A DNA stretch of 64,000 nt from Pseudomonadota bacterium (lineage in GTDB: Bacteria > Desulfobacterota > Binatia > Binatales > Binataceae), in NCBI GenBank assembly GCA_021324855.1, contig JAJPIG010000006.1:32344-96343 (forward strand), written 5' to 3'. Positions 1 to 8,918 of the stretch are shown piece after piece. Positions within the stretch are counted from its first letter, which is position 1. Each line of letters starts with the position of its first letter. The translations under genes and the position numbers were made by a program. The notes below the pieces were generated by a model. The model ran no database searches, was not told where the DNA came from, and was given only the letters and a program-made list of their open reading frames with translations.

Positions 1-379
1 GTTTCGACTGCCGGCGTATATGACGGTCATCTTCAAGGATGCACAGCACGGATGGGCCGCGGGTCAGGGCGGCGTGATCGTTGGGACCGCCGACGGCGGT
101 GCGAGCTGGAAACCGGTTACATCATCGACGGACCTTGCGCTCTATGCGTCGCTGGTGCCCGGACCCTCAGGCGACACGCTGTGGGTCGCCGGCGATGAAG
201 GTGTATTGATTCGGATGTCGACGACAGGAGCAGTCACGCCGGTCGTTTCGAGGCCCACGTTTTCAAGTCTGACAGAGGTCGCGTTTGCGGGCGAAGTCGG
301 CGTCACGGTCGGAACCGACGGGACCTTGTTGCGCTCGGAGGACGGCGGCAAGACTTGGCACGCGGTGGAGAGCAAGTGA
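1..379 (+). CDS. YCF48/BNR (Asp-box) repeat beta-propeller protein, 5' partial
   Basis: Frame is open to the window edge; Asp-box repeats TADGGASW and SEDGGKTW, plus GWAAG and LWVAG blades; stop overlaps the next start (GTGA). Confidence 0.85.
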   Translation, partial: FRLPAYMTVIFKDAQHGWAAGQGGVIVGTADGGASWKPVTSSTDLALYASLVPGPSGDTLWVAGDEGVLIRMSTTGAVTPVVSRPTFSSLTEVAFAGEVGVTVGTDGTLLRSEDGGKTWHAVESK

Positions 380-2775
380 TCGGCGAAAAGATTCTCAGGT
401 ATCGCGCGCCAATCGGCATCGTCCTGCTTGCGATTTCGGCCTACATGGCGTACGCGGCAGCGCATATCACTATAGCCACGCGGTTTGTTGATTTTTTTCC
501 GCGCACTCACCCGAACGTCCTCCTCTACCACAAGTACGAGCGCTACGGCGGCGCCCAGACCCTGACCTTCATGATCGAGGCCAGGCACGGCGATATCTTC
601 ACCTATCCGACACTCAAGAAGATCCAGGATCTGACGTTTGTGCTGGATAAGATGCCGGCGGTGAACCATCAGTCGATTCGCTCGCTCGCTTCATATCGCG
701 TTACCTATGCGGTCGCGCTGCCCGGCTTCCTCAAGTCCCAGCCCTACATGTATCCGAGCGTCCCCAAGACCCAGGCGGGAATCGACGATCTGAAACGCGA
801 AGTGTTCGTGCATCGTCGCGACCTGCGCAACCTGGTGAGTCCGGATACGCGCAGCGCGCTGGTGACGGCGTCCTTCTACGAAGGCGAACTCGATTATCGG
901 AAACTCTTTAATCGCGCGCAGGACTTGGTCAGGCAATACAGCGATGCCGACACGAACGTGTATGTGGTCGGCGAGCCTATCATCCGCGGTTACGGCTATT
1001 ACTATTTCCCTACTATCGTGACGATTTTCATCATCTCCGTCACGGTGATGATTTTCATTCTTTGGATATCGCTGCGCGAGCGCAGCACCTGGTGGACGCC
1101 GATCATCACGGGTTCGCTTTCGGCGCTGTGGGGCCTGGGTTTCGTCGGGATCATGGATTACACGTTCGACCCGGTGATGCTGGTCATCCCGTTCATTCTG
1201 ACCGCGCGCGACATGAGCCACGGAATCCAATGGCAGGGCCGCTACTACAACGAACTGGATCGCGTGGGGCATCGCAAATTCGAGGCGATCGCGGCGACTA
1301 CCAGCGACATGCTACCACCCGGGTTGCTTTCCATTCTGGCCGACATCGCAGGTATCATCTTCATTTCGTTCGGCGGCATTCCCGTACTTCAACACATCGC
1401 GCTAGCGGGCTCGGTGTGGCTTGCCGGCAGTCTCACGATGGTGTTCATCTTCCAGCCCATCCTGATGAGCTATCTGCCGACGCCGCAAATCAAGCGGCAT
1501 GGCGAAAGCCGCAACCCGATCATCCTTTGGCTCAAGCGGGTGATCGACAAGCTGGTGGCGTTTCCGACTACCCCAGGTGCTGCGCGTCCAATCGCAATCG
1601 GCCTGGTGTTTATCTTCATCCTGTGGGGAATCGGTTCCGGATTGCGGGCGAAGGTCGGCTATACGACGCCGGGCACGCCGCTTTACCGGCAAAGCGCCAA
1701 GGTCAATCAGGACATGCGCCACGTCGGCGAGGTATTTCCCCTCGACGAAGGCTGGGCGATCACCTCAGCGAAGGAGCCCAAGCTCATCCAGGGTCAATAT
1801 CCCTCGGTACTCGACCCTGACATCCTGCGGATGCAGCGCGATCTCAGCCAGTTTCTGATGCTCGATCGCAACGTAACCCAGGTGGTCTCAGTCGCTGACA
1901 ACCTGATGCTGCCGTTTAACCGAATGTTTCATTACTCAGAGCCCGAATATGCGTCCATCCCGGGCGGCATCCTCGACGCCGGCAGTCTCTTTTATTTGTT
2001 CTCTCAGAACACGGCGCCCGGCGAGTCAGAGCTCTGGGTCAATGACCAGTACGATGACAGCATCGTGCGCATCTACGTTACGGATCATACCTACGCGACG
2101 CTGAATAAGCTTACGGATCGGTTGAATGAGTTCCGGGATCGCCGTCAGGGATGGGATCCGGGAATGAAACAGGTCGATTTCAAGTTTCTGGGCGGGATCG
2201 CCGGGCTCTACGCCGCCGCCAATGACGTGCTCTACCAGCTCGACTTCATCAACATCACCTTCGTGCTTGGTGTCGTGCTGCTGTTCTGCTGCGTGACTTA
2301 CCGATCGCTCGTAGCGGGTCTGTTGTTCGTGATTTCATGCGTGGCGGCCAACTTCGGCGCGTTTATCTATATGCGTTTGGTGAACATCGGCATCACGATC
2401 GACACCATCCCGGTCATCTCACTGGGCATCGGACTCGGCGTCGACTACGGCATCTACACCGTCTCACGTATCCTCGACGAATGCCGCGCGGGCGAGCCGT
2501 TGGATCGCGCTGTAACGACGGCCCTATACGGGACGGGGGCGGCGGTCTTCATGACCTTCGCGACCATCGTCGGCGGCATGATTCCATGGGTCTTTTCGCC
2601 GCTTCTGTTTCATAACGAGATGAGCGTGCTGCTGATAATCCTGATGTTCACCAACATGATCGTGGGCGTGCTAATCCTTCCGGCATTCATCGCCTGGGTG
2701 CAGCCGAGGTTCATCTTCGGCGGCCGACAGCCCACGCCACGGCACGAGGAACCATTGAGAGAGGCGGCAACCTAG
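376..2775 (+). CDS. RND/MMPL family transporter
   Basis: About 800 aa, two repeats of TM + large periplasmic loop + TM bundle; GIGLGVDYGIY motif; GTG start at 376 overlaps the upstream TGA. Confidence 0.9.
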   Translation: MIGEKILRYRAPIGIVLLAISAYMAYAAAHITIATRFVDFFPRTHPNVLLYHKYERYGGAQTLTFMIEARHGDIFTYPTLKKIQDLTFVLDKMPAVNHQSIRSLASYRVTYAVALPGFLKSQPYMYPSVPKTQAGIDDLKREVFVHRRDLRNLVSPDTRSALVTASFYEGELDYRKLFNRAQDLVRQYSDADTNVYVVGEPIIRGYGYYYFPTIVTIFIISVTVMIFILWISLRERSTWWTPIITGSLSALWGLGFVGIMDYTFDPVMLVIPFILTARDMSHGIQWQGRYYNELDRVGHRKFEAIAATTSDMLPPGLLSILADIAGIIFISFGGIPVLQHIALAGSVWLAGSLTMVFIFQPILMSYLPTPQIKRHGESRNPIILWLKRVIDKLVAFPTTPGAARPIAIGLVFIFILWGIGSGLRAKVGYTTPGTPLYRQSAKVNQDMRHVGEVFPLDEGWAITSAKEPKLIQGQYPSVLDPDILRMQRDLSQFLMLDRNVTQVVSVADNLMLPFNRMFHYSEPEYASIPGGILDAGSLFYLFSQNTAPGESELWVNDQYDDSIVRIYVTDHTYATLNKLTDRLNEFRDRRQGWDPGMKQVDFKFLGGIAGLYAAANDVLYQLDFINITFVLGVVLLFCCVTYRSLVAGLLFVISCVAANFGAFIYMRLVNIGITIDTIPVISLGIGLGVDYGIYTVSRILDECRAGEPLDRAVTTALYGTGAAVFMTFATIVGGMIPWVFSPLLFHNEMSVLLIILMFTNMIVGVLILPAFIAWVQPRFIFGGRQPTPRHEEPLREAAT

Positions 2776-2860
2776 ACGCAACGCGGGTATACGCGATCGG
2801 TCGATGCGGCGGCCGGGCGATAAGCTGACCGATGTCAATCGGTACAGGGAGGAGAGAGCT

Positions 2861-4612
2861 ATGAAGCAGGGGGAGGCGAGATGCAGGTCCTTAAAGGCAA
2901 TCCTGCTGACCGCGCTACTGGTTATGACGCTGGCCGGGGCGGCCTCAGCGCAGCAGAACCAGGGCTCGTTCTTTAGCGATACCTATAACTACATGTTTTT
3001 CGGCGGCCAGACGCCGCTGATTCCCCCCGAGCAGGTGCCGGGCTGGCTGAGTGGTCTTTCGGTAACCGGCTTTCTCAACAATACGACCGGCATGTGGGCC
3101 AACTCGGCCAATCTACAGGGCCTGCAGAACCTTGATCATTCGATCGGGATTCCCGTCAGCAGCAGCAAGAACTCGCTGGCCGTCGAGCGCAACTGGATGC
3201 AGGTCGACTTCAACGAGAAGCTTGACTCCGACAACCAGTTCTTCATCCGCTGGTGGGGAGTGTACGAGCCGCCATATGACTACGAGGCTCATGCCGGATT
3301 CGGTGATCTATACAACCAGTACACGGTGCGGGATGCGTGGTGGAAGCACAAGTGGGGTCCGCTGTCGCTGTTCCTGGGTCGCCAAATAGTGACGTGGGGC
3401 GAGTCGATCGCCTTTCGCGTCGGCGATGTCATTAATTCGCAAGACTTTGAATGGAACTTCGGCTTCGCCAACCTCGAACAATCCCGTTTGCCGATGTGGA
3501 TGATCCATCCGATCGTGCAGTTACCGTCGTGGGGACCGTTCGGCAGCAACTTCTTCGAAGGGATTATTATCCCGTCTTGGCAGCCCATCTACACCAACTC
3601 GCCGCTCGATTTCGGGCAGGTCGACCTTTTCGCCGGTCAGCGGAATCGCGGTGGCGATGTCAGCCTGATCGCGCCGCCGACCGGCGGCCGCTTTTCGACC
3701 TATTTCGGTCCGACCGTGGGTCCCGGGCTCGGACCTGCAGTCTGTCCGATCAGCGCGCGAGGCTGCGCCCCGGATTGGCCGCAGCTAACCAACCCCGGTC
3801 CGACCACGTTCGCGAGCCTCGATAACTATGCGCTGCCCGACAACAACTTGGGTGGATGGGAAGAGGGCTTCCGACTCCATACGGTGGTCTACAACACTGA
3901 GATGACAGGGATTTTCTTCCACGGCCATCAGTACGTACCGTACTGGTTCCTACGCGGCAGCCCGGTCCCCGGCAATCCTAATTTCCAGACCTTCCAGGTT
4001 CGCTATCCGCAGCTCAACGACGTAGGAGCGACCCTGAACCGGCCGATTTATCTGCCCGGACCGACGCTTGGCAACATACCGTTCGTTCTAAGGACCGAGG
4101 GGATGTGGCAGGATCGTACGCCATTCCAGGATCGCAACCCGCTCAATCCCAGCGCCATCAAGTATTCGAGCACGATCAACACGCTCGTTGCGCTGGACGT
4201 GGATTCCTACACGGCAATGTGGCTCTCACGCACGGGCGCGGCGACGATGAACCTAGAATGGCAGAACTACACCATCCTGTCGCCGTCGAAGACCATCTCG
4301 TACGTATTCACCCCAGAGCAGCAGCGACATAACGAGGAGAACGTGCTTCTTAACCTGACCGATTCGTGGTACTGGGGCGATATCGTCCCCGACCTGGTCG
4401 GCATCTATAACCCGGATGGCAATACGTTCCTGCTCTTTCCCAACCTCTTTCTTACTCCACCTTGGTCGAGCAAATACTCGGTGTTGTTGGAATACATCGG
4501 GATTCTCTCCAACGATGTGCTTTCCTCGTATGCCGGCGGTGGATTCAAGGGCAAGAGCATCTTCCTGGCTCAGTTCCAGTACAACTTCTCGGTACTGCAA
4601 TCCGAGAAGTAA
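2861..4612 (+). CDS. DUF1302-like outer membrane beta-barrel protein
   Basis: GGAGG RBS and signal peptide; LGRQIVTWGES and DVINSQD motifs; near-terminal beta strand FQYNF; typical context beside RND and YCF48 genes. Confidence 0.75.
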   Translation: MKQGEARCRSLKAILLTALLVMTLAGAASAQQNQGSFFSDTYNYMFFGGQTPLIPPEQVPGWLSGLSVTGFLNNTTGMWANSANLQGLQNLDHSIGIPVSSSKNSLAVERNWMQVDFNEKLDSDNQFFIRWWGVYEPPYDYEAHAGFGDLYNQYTVRDAWWKHKWGPLSLFLGRQIVTWGESIAFRVGDVINSQDFEWNFGFANLEQSRLPMWMIHPIVQLPSWGPFGSNFFEGIIIPSWQPIYTNSPLDFGQVDLFAGQRNRGGDVSLIAPPTGGRFSTYFGPTVGPGLGPAVCPISARGCAPDWPQLTNPGPTTFASLDNYALPDNNLGGWEEGFRLHTVVYNTEMTGIFFHGHQYVPYWFLRGSPVPGNPNFQTFQVRYPQLNDVGATLNRPIYLPGPTLGNIPFVLRTEGMWQDRTPFQDRNPLNPSAIKYSSTINTLVALDVDSYTAMWLSRTGAATMNLEWQNYTILSPSKTISYVFTPEQQRHNEENVLLNLTDSWYWGDIVPDLVGIYNPDGNTFLLFPNLFLTPPWSSKYSVLLEYIGILSNDVLSSYAGGGFKGKSIFLAQFQYNFSVLQSEK

Positions 4613-4663
4613 GGCCGTTGCGGAGCCGGGCTTTAGCTAATTGTCAACTAGAGCAGGGGAGCC

Positions 4664-5875
4664 ATGAATAGACCCAAACAAAGCTCGATTGCGGACCAAA
4701 GACCGGGAATCAGTTTCGCTGGGGTAGTGACAATCGTTGCTACAGCCATGTTCATCGGCTCCGCAGCGCTCGCGCAGATACCTCCTGAAAAGAGCACTGT
4801 GCGAGTGCTCCCGGTACCAGGCCCACATTGGGTTTATCTGCTCGATCCGCTCACCAATTTCATGGAGGCTCGCGTTTCAATCATCAATGGCGATACGCTC
4901 GGCTTCGAAGGGATGCTGAGCGGCGGATACGTTAGCGTGCTGGCCTTTGCGCCAGACTATAAGTCCGTCTACATGGCCGACACCTACTACAGCCGGGGTA
5001 CGCGGGGCGAGCGTACGGATGTAGTCTCGGCTTTCGACACCACCACGCTCAAACCAACCGGCGAGGTGATCCTGCCGCCAAAGAGGCTATTGTCAAATCC
5101 GAAGCAGTATTCGGTGGGCGTGACCTCTGACGGCCGCTTCATGCTGGTGTCGAATCTGACTCCGGCCACATCGACGTCGGTGGTCGATTTAAGCGCGAAG
5201 AAGGTGCTGGGCGAGATCGACACGCCCGGATGCACTCAGGTGCTGCTGTCGGGCAATCGCAAGTTCACAGCGATGTGCGCGGATGGCTCGCTGCTGACCG
5301 TTACGTTCGGTGATGACGGCAAGGCAACGGCGAAAAATCGCGCCAAGCCGTTCTTCAACGTCGACAAGGACCCGGTCTTCGATCAGCCCGTGATGATCGG
5401 CGCGACCGTCTACTTCGTTTCGTACTACGGGATGGTCTATCCGGTCGATCTGAGCGGCGAGACCGCCAAGCCTGGCGATCCGTGGTCGATGCTGAGCGAT
5501 GAAGACAAGAAGGATGCTTGGCTGCCCGGTGGATGGGAGCTCGAAGGTGTCAATCCCGGACAGGGGCTGCTCTACGTGCTGATGCATCAGGGCAAGGACT
5601 GGTCGCACGAGCAGGCCGGCACCGAGATTTGGGCCTACGACCTGAGTAAGAAATCGCGAGTTGCCCGAATCGTGCTGCCGCAGGTGGCCGACTCAATCTA
5701 CGTGACCCAGGACGACAAACCGCTTTTGTTCGCGGCCTCGCACGATAGCGGCACGCTCCAGGTTTTCGACGCGACTACCCGTACCTATCGTGGCATAATG
5801 AACAATCTCGGCTCGCCCTGGATCATCTACGGGGTCTCGGAGAAGGGGCAGCAGGCCGCTGCGGCCAGCCACTAG
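4664..5875 (+). CDS. mauB: TTQ amine dehydrogenase heavy (beta-propeller) subunit, MauB/AauB family
   Basis: Signal peptide; YSRGTRGERTDVV, SNLTPATS, PGC...MCADGSL, WLPGGW and LYVLMH motifs of MADH/AADH heavy chains. Confidence 0.9.
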   Translation: MNRPKQSSIADQRPGISFAGVVTIVATAMFIGSAALAQIPPEKSTVRVLPVPGPHWVYLLDPLTNFMEARVSIINGDTLGFEGMLSGGYVSVLAFAPDYKSVYMADTYYSRGTRGERTDVVSAFDTTTLKPTGEVILPPKRLLSNPKQYSVGVTSDGRFMLVSNLTPATSTSVVDLSAKKVLGEIDTPGCTQVLLSGNRKFTAMCADGSLLTVTFGDDGKATAKNRAKPFFNVDKDPVFDQPVMIGATVYFVSYYGMVYPVDLSGETAKPGDPWSMLSDEDKKDAWLPGGWELEGVNPGQGLLYVLMHQGKDWSHEQAGTEIWAYDLSKKSRVARIVLPQVADSIYVTQDDKPLLFAASHDSGTLQVFDATTRTYRGIMNNLGSPWIIYGVSEKGQQAAAASH

Positions 5876-5915
5876 CCGCTCGCGCTTCGAGCGTCGCGCG
5901 ATGGCAAAGTGAAGC

Positions 5916-6458
5916 ATGATCGATCCGGCAGTTTCATGGATCGCCGCCATTGCCGCGAGCCTTATCTTCGCGGCCTCAGCGATCATGAAGCTCAGGGATC
6001 TTGAACTGTTCGAGAGCGCCGTGATCAACTATCGCATCCTGCCGCGATTTCTCGCCAAGCTGTTCGCGCGCCTGATCCCAATCGTGGAACTGGGCGGTGC
6101 GCTCGCGCTGGTGTGGCCGGCGGCGCGGGCGGCGGGCGCGGCGATAATCCTCTTCCTACTCGTCATCTTTACGCTTGGTATTGCGATCAACCTGATGCGC
6201 GGACGCTATGACGTTGACTGCGGATGCTTCGGGCCGGCGCTCCGGCAAACCCTGAGCTGGTGGCTGGTCTTACGCAACGCCGCCCTCGCCGCCCTTGCCG
6301 CGATCCTACTGCTGAGGCCAAACGGCCGCACGCTCACGATGCTCGATAACTTCACGATCGTCTGCGGCGTGATCACTATTCTCCTGATCTACGCGAGCAT
6401 CAATTACGTCTTCGCAAACCTCCCGCGGCTGCGTGAGATCGGAGCCCGCTATGCTTGA
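5916..6458 (+). CDS. mauE: Methylamine utilization membrane protein MauE
   Basis: Multi-TM protein with INLMRGRYDVDCGCFG and LRN motifs; follows mauB. Confidence 0.9.
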   Translation: MIDPAVSWIAAIAASLIFAASAIMKLRDLELFESAVINYRILPRFLAKLFARLIPIVELGGALALVWPAARAAGAAIILFLLVIFTLGIAINLMRGRYDVDCGCFGPALRQTLSWWLVLRNAALAALAAILLLRPNGRTLTMLDNFTIVCGVITILLIYASINYVFANLPRLREIGARYA

Positions 6459-7101
6459 AGCGCTGCTGATCTCGCAGATCGTGCTGTGGGTGCTGGTCGT
6501 GGCGCTGGCGGTGACGGTGCTCGCGCTGCTTCGTCAGATCGGCGTGCTCCACGAGCGCATCACGCCGATGGGCGCGCTAACGCTCGATCGCGGCCCCAAG
6601 GAGGGCGAGCCCGCGCCGGTTTTCGATCTTCCCGATCTGCTTGGCCGCGGTACGGTGCGCGTCGGCGGTCCGCGCGACGGTGGCCGCTCGCTGCTCGTGA
6701 TGTTCGTCGCGCCGACCTGCCCGGTGTGCAAGAAACTCCTGCCAATCATCCGCTCGGTTGCGCGCAGTGAGTCGGACTGGCTCGAGACGGTGCTGGCAAG
6801 CGACGGCGACCTCGAGGAGCAGCGCCGGTTCGTCAAATCCTACAAGCTCGATGACTTCCCTTACGTGCTCTCGGCAGAGCTCGGGATGACTTATCGCATC
6901 GGCAAACTGCCGTACGGTCTTCTGATCGACGGTGCCGGCGTGATTCGCGCCAAAGGACTGATCAACACGCGCGAGCATCTGGAAAGCCTGATGCAGGCGA
7001 AGCAGATGGGCGTCGCGTCGATCCAGGAATACCTAAAGCTCGGCCGGACGGGAGCCAATGGCGGGACCGCTGCCGCAGCCGCCGAGAAACCGACTAAATG
7101 A
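6451..7101 (+). CDS. mauD: Amine dehydrogenase accessory thioredoxin-like protein MauD
   Basis: N-terminal TM; RQIGVLHERITPMGAL, CPVCKKLLP and KGLINTREHLESL motifs; overlaps the mauE stop. Confidence 0.93.
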   Translation: MLEALLISQIVLWVLVVALAVTVLALLRQIGVLHERITPMGALTLDRGPKEGEPAPVFDLPDLLGRGTVRVGGPRDGGRSLLVMFVAPTCPVCKKLLPIIRSVARSESDWLETVLASDGDLEEQRRFVKSYKLDDFPYVLSAELGMTYRIGKLPYGLLIDGAGVIRAKGLINTREHLESLMQAKQMGVASIQEYLKLGRTGANGGTAAAAAEKPTK

Positions 7102-7180
7102 ACGACCGGCAGCGCTTCCGGACATCGCGCGGTTTTCGGCGGTCCGGCGTGCGCCGCGCTTATCCTTGGGAGAAGCCGGA

Positions 7181-7681
7181 TTGAACTGGATTACCGGTAA
7201 GTGGAGTAGGTCATTGTTCACCGCCATCGCGATGTTCGCGTGTAGTGCAAACGTCCGTGCGGCCGGCGGTTCGGAAGTGTTTGCGTCGAATTGCATCGTA
7301 TGCCATCAGCCGGACGCGAAGGGAGTGCAGGGGATATATCCGCCGCTCGCCGAGACGGTCGGAAACTACGTCAAGCTCAAGCAGGGGCGCGCTTATCTGG
7401 CGCATGTCCCGTCATTTGGGCTCACCGGCGTAATTGTGACTAACGGCGAAAGCATCGACGGCAACATGCCGCCCCTGTCGCAACTGAGCGACGATGACAT
7501 CGCGGCGGTAATCAATTACATCCTGACCAAGTTTAATCAGCGGCTGCTGCCCGCCGATTTCAAGCCGCTCACCACCGATGAGGTGCATGGCTATCGCGCA
7601 AAGCCGATGACCGAGACCGAAGTCCACAACGAGCGGGCCGCGCTTTTCGAAGCGCTCAAAAAAGCCGGCGACCTCAAATAG
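7181..7681 (+). CDS. Periplasmic monoheme cytochrome c (class I-like)
   Basis: CIVCH heme motif after a signal peptide; candidate distal Met in GNMPP; TTG start at 7181 after GGGAG (start uncertain). Confidence 0.88.
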   Translation: MNWITGKWSRSLFTAIAMFACSANVRAAGGSEVFASNCIVCHQPDAKGVQGIYPPLAETVGNYVKLKQGRAYLAHVPSFGLTGVIVTNGESIDGNMPPLSQLSDDDIAAVINYILTKFNQRLLPADFKPLTTDEVHGYRAKPMTETEVHNERAALFEALKKAGDLK

Positions 7682-8173
7682 TCACTGCGGGGGAAGCTTG
7701 ATTCCCTGTGCGGCGAGCTTCGATACTAGTTCAGCCCGCACTGTCTGCACGTTGTTCAGCTCGCGTGGGCGATACTTTGCCACCTCGGCCTCAGTGTAAG
7801 GCTGAAATCCCGGCGGTATCTGGTTCTTGCTGAACGTCATCAGCATCCAGTTGAGTACTTCCGCGACCTCGGCGTTACTGAGCGCCGAACCCGCCACGCC
7901 GGGCACTTCGATCAGGTACTCACGGCCGCCCGGCACATGCAGGAAATCGCCCACCGTGTCTCTCAGGCGCGGAACGGTGCCCGGGATGCCCTCGCCGCCC
8001 GGCTTATGGCATCCCCAGCAGTTCATCACATAGAGCTGGATAGGAGCCGGATACTTCTGATGCGACGGCGGCGGAGGCTCGCCCGCAAGCGCTGGGATTG
8101 CGAGCAGTGCCAGCGCAGCGAGGATGAGACGAGCACCGCCGTCGTGGAGCCGATCCTTATCCGCACTCCGCAT
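7682..8173 (-). CDS. Periplasmic monoheme cytochrome c, paralog of the convergent neighbour
   Basis: CWGCH motif; signal peptide LILAALALLAIPALA; the ORF-track extension upstream of 8173 overlaps mauA and is ignored. Confidence 0.88.
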   Translation of the reverse strand: MRSADKDRLHDGGARLILAALALLAIPALAGEPPPPSHQKYPAPIQLYVMNCWGCHKPGGEGIPGTVPRLRDTVGDFLHVPGGREYLIEVPGVAGSALSNAEVAEVLNWMLMTFSKNQIPPGFQPYTEAEVAKYRPRELNNVQTVRAELVSKLAAQGIKLPPQ

Positions 8174-8208
8174 CGGCGTCGCGCCCAATCGCCGCGTGAT
8201 GCGTGAGG

Positions 8209-8733
8209 TTAGGCTTTTTCTCCCAGGATGACGGCGGTGGTGCAGTGGTAAGCCATCTCTTTCGAGCCAAAGCACCAAACCGTATCGTTGTTGAGCTGCG
8301 TGCGATAGATGGGCATCTCGCCCTGATTGTTGTCGCACATGCATCGATTGCACTGCGCCTTTCCGCAGCAATCGCGATACGCCACGATGTATTCTTTGGC
8401 CTCGCCCGGATGTTTGCAGGTGCCGACCCAAGCCGTCGGGGAAGCGACCGTGCCCGCGGGGCACTCAGTAATCGAGCCGCCGCAGCAGGTGCACAGGAAG
8501 CCGTCGAACGCGCAGTAACGCCAGTAATCGCAGGTCGTGTCATCGCCGCTTGCGCCGCCCGATGAATGGCCCTCCTGCATCGTCTGGGCGCCGGCCTTCG
8601 AGGTGACCCTATCGATCGGCAACAACGGGAGCACCGCGCCGCCCATCGCGATCTGTCCAAGCCGGACTAGGAAGCTCCGCCGCGAGGTCCGCTGTGCCAC
8701 GCTTCGTGTCAGCCGTTCGACTAGCCCGTCCAT
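8209..8733 (-). CDS. mauA: TTQ amine dehydrogenase light subunit, MauA/AauA family
   Basis: Tat signal SRRSFL; CDYWRYC; TTQ-forming Trp residues in TAWVGTC and NDTVWCFG; catalytic Asp in YRDCC; 14 Cys; AAGGAGA RBS. Confidence 0.95.
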   Translation of the reverse strand: MDGLVERLTRSVAQRTSRRSFLVRLGQIAMGGAVLPLLPIDRVTSKAGAQTMQEGHSSGGASGDDTTCDYWRYCAFDGFLCTCCGGSITECPAGTVASPTAWVGTCKHPGEAKEYIVAYRDCCGKAQCNRCMCDNNQGEMPIYRTQLNNDTVWCFGSKEMAYHCTTAVILGEKA

Positions 8734-8787
8734 CACGGGGTCTCCTTTTCGAGAGGCTCAAACGAGCCGAGAGTTTCAGGACACGCC

Positions 8788-8817
8788 TAGATAAGATCAG
8801 CGGGGCGCCAATGTCAA
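8788..8817 (-). promoter_or_regulatory. Putative sigma70 promoter for mauA-cytochrome c
   Basis: Perfect TTGACA (8817-8812) followed after 17-18 nt by a weak -10 (TTATCT/TATCTA). Confidence 0.4.
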
Positions 8818-8918
8818 TCCGACCATAAGGTCGATTTTCGGCCTCGTCGATTTCATGCTTCGGCACAAACGTGATACGAAGGAGCGCGACGTGCGATCGA
8901 TGTTCGCAGGAGGCTCGC

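Noticed and set aside
7098-7184. ATG overlapping the mauD stop as the cytochrome start or a frameshift
   Set aside because: It is out of frame and gives only a 28-codon ORF; TTG 7181 with an RBS gives a normal signal peptide
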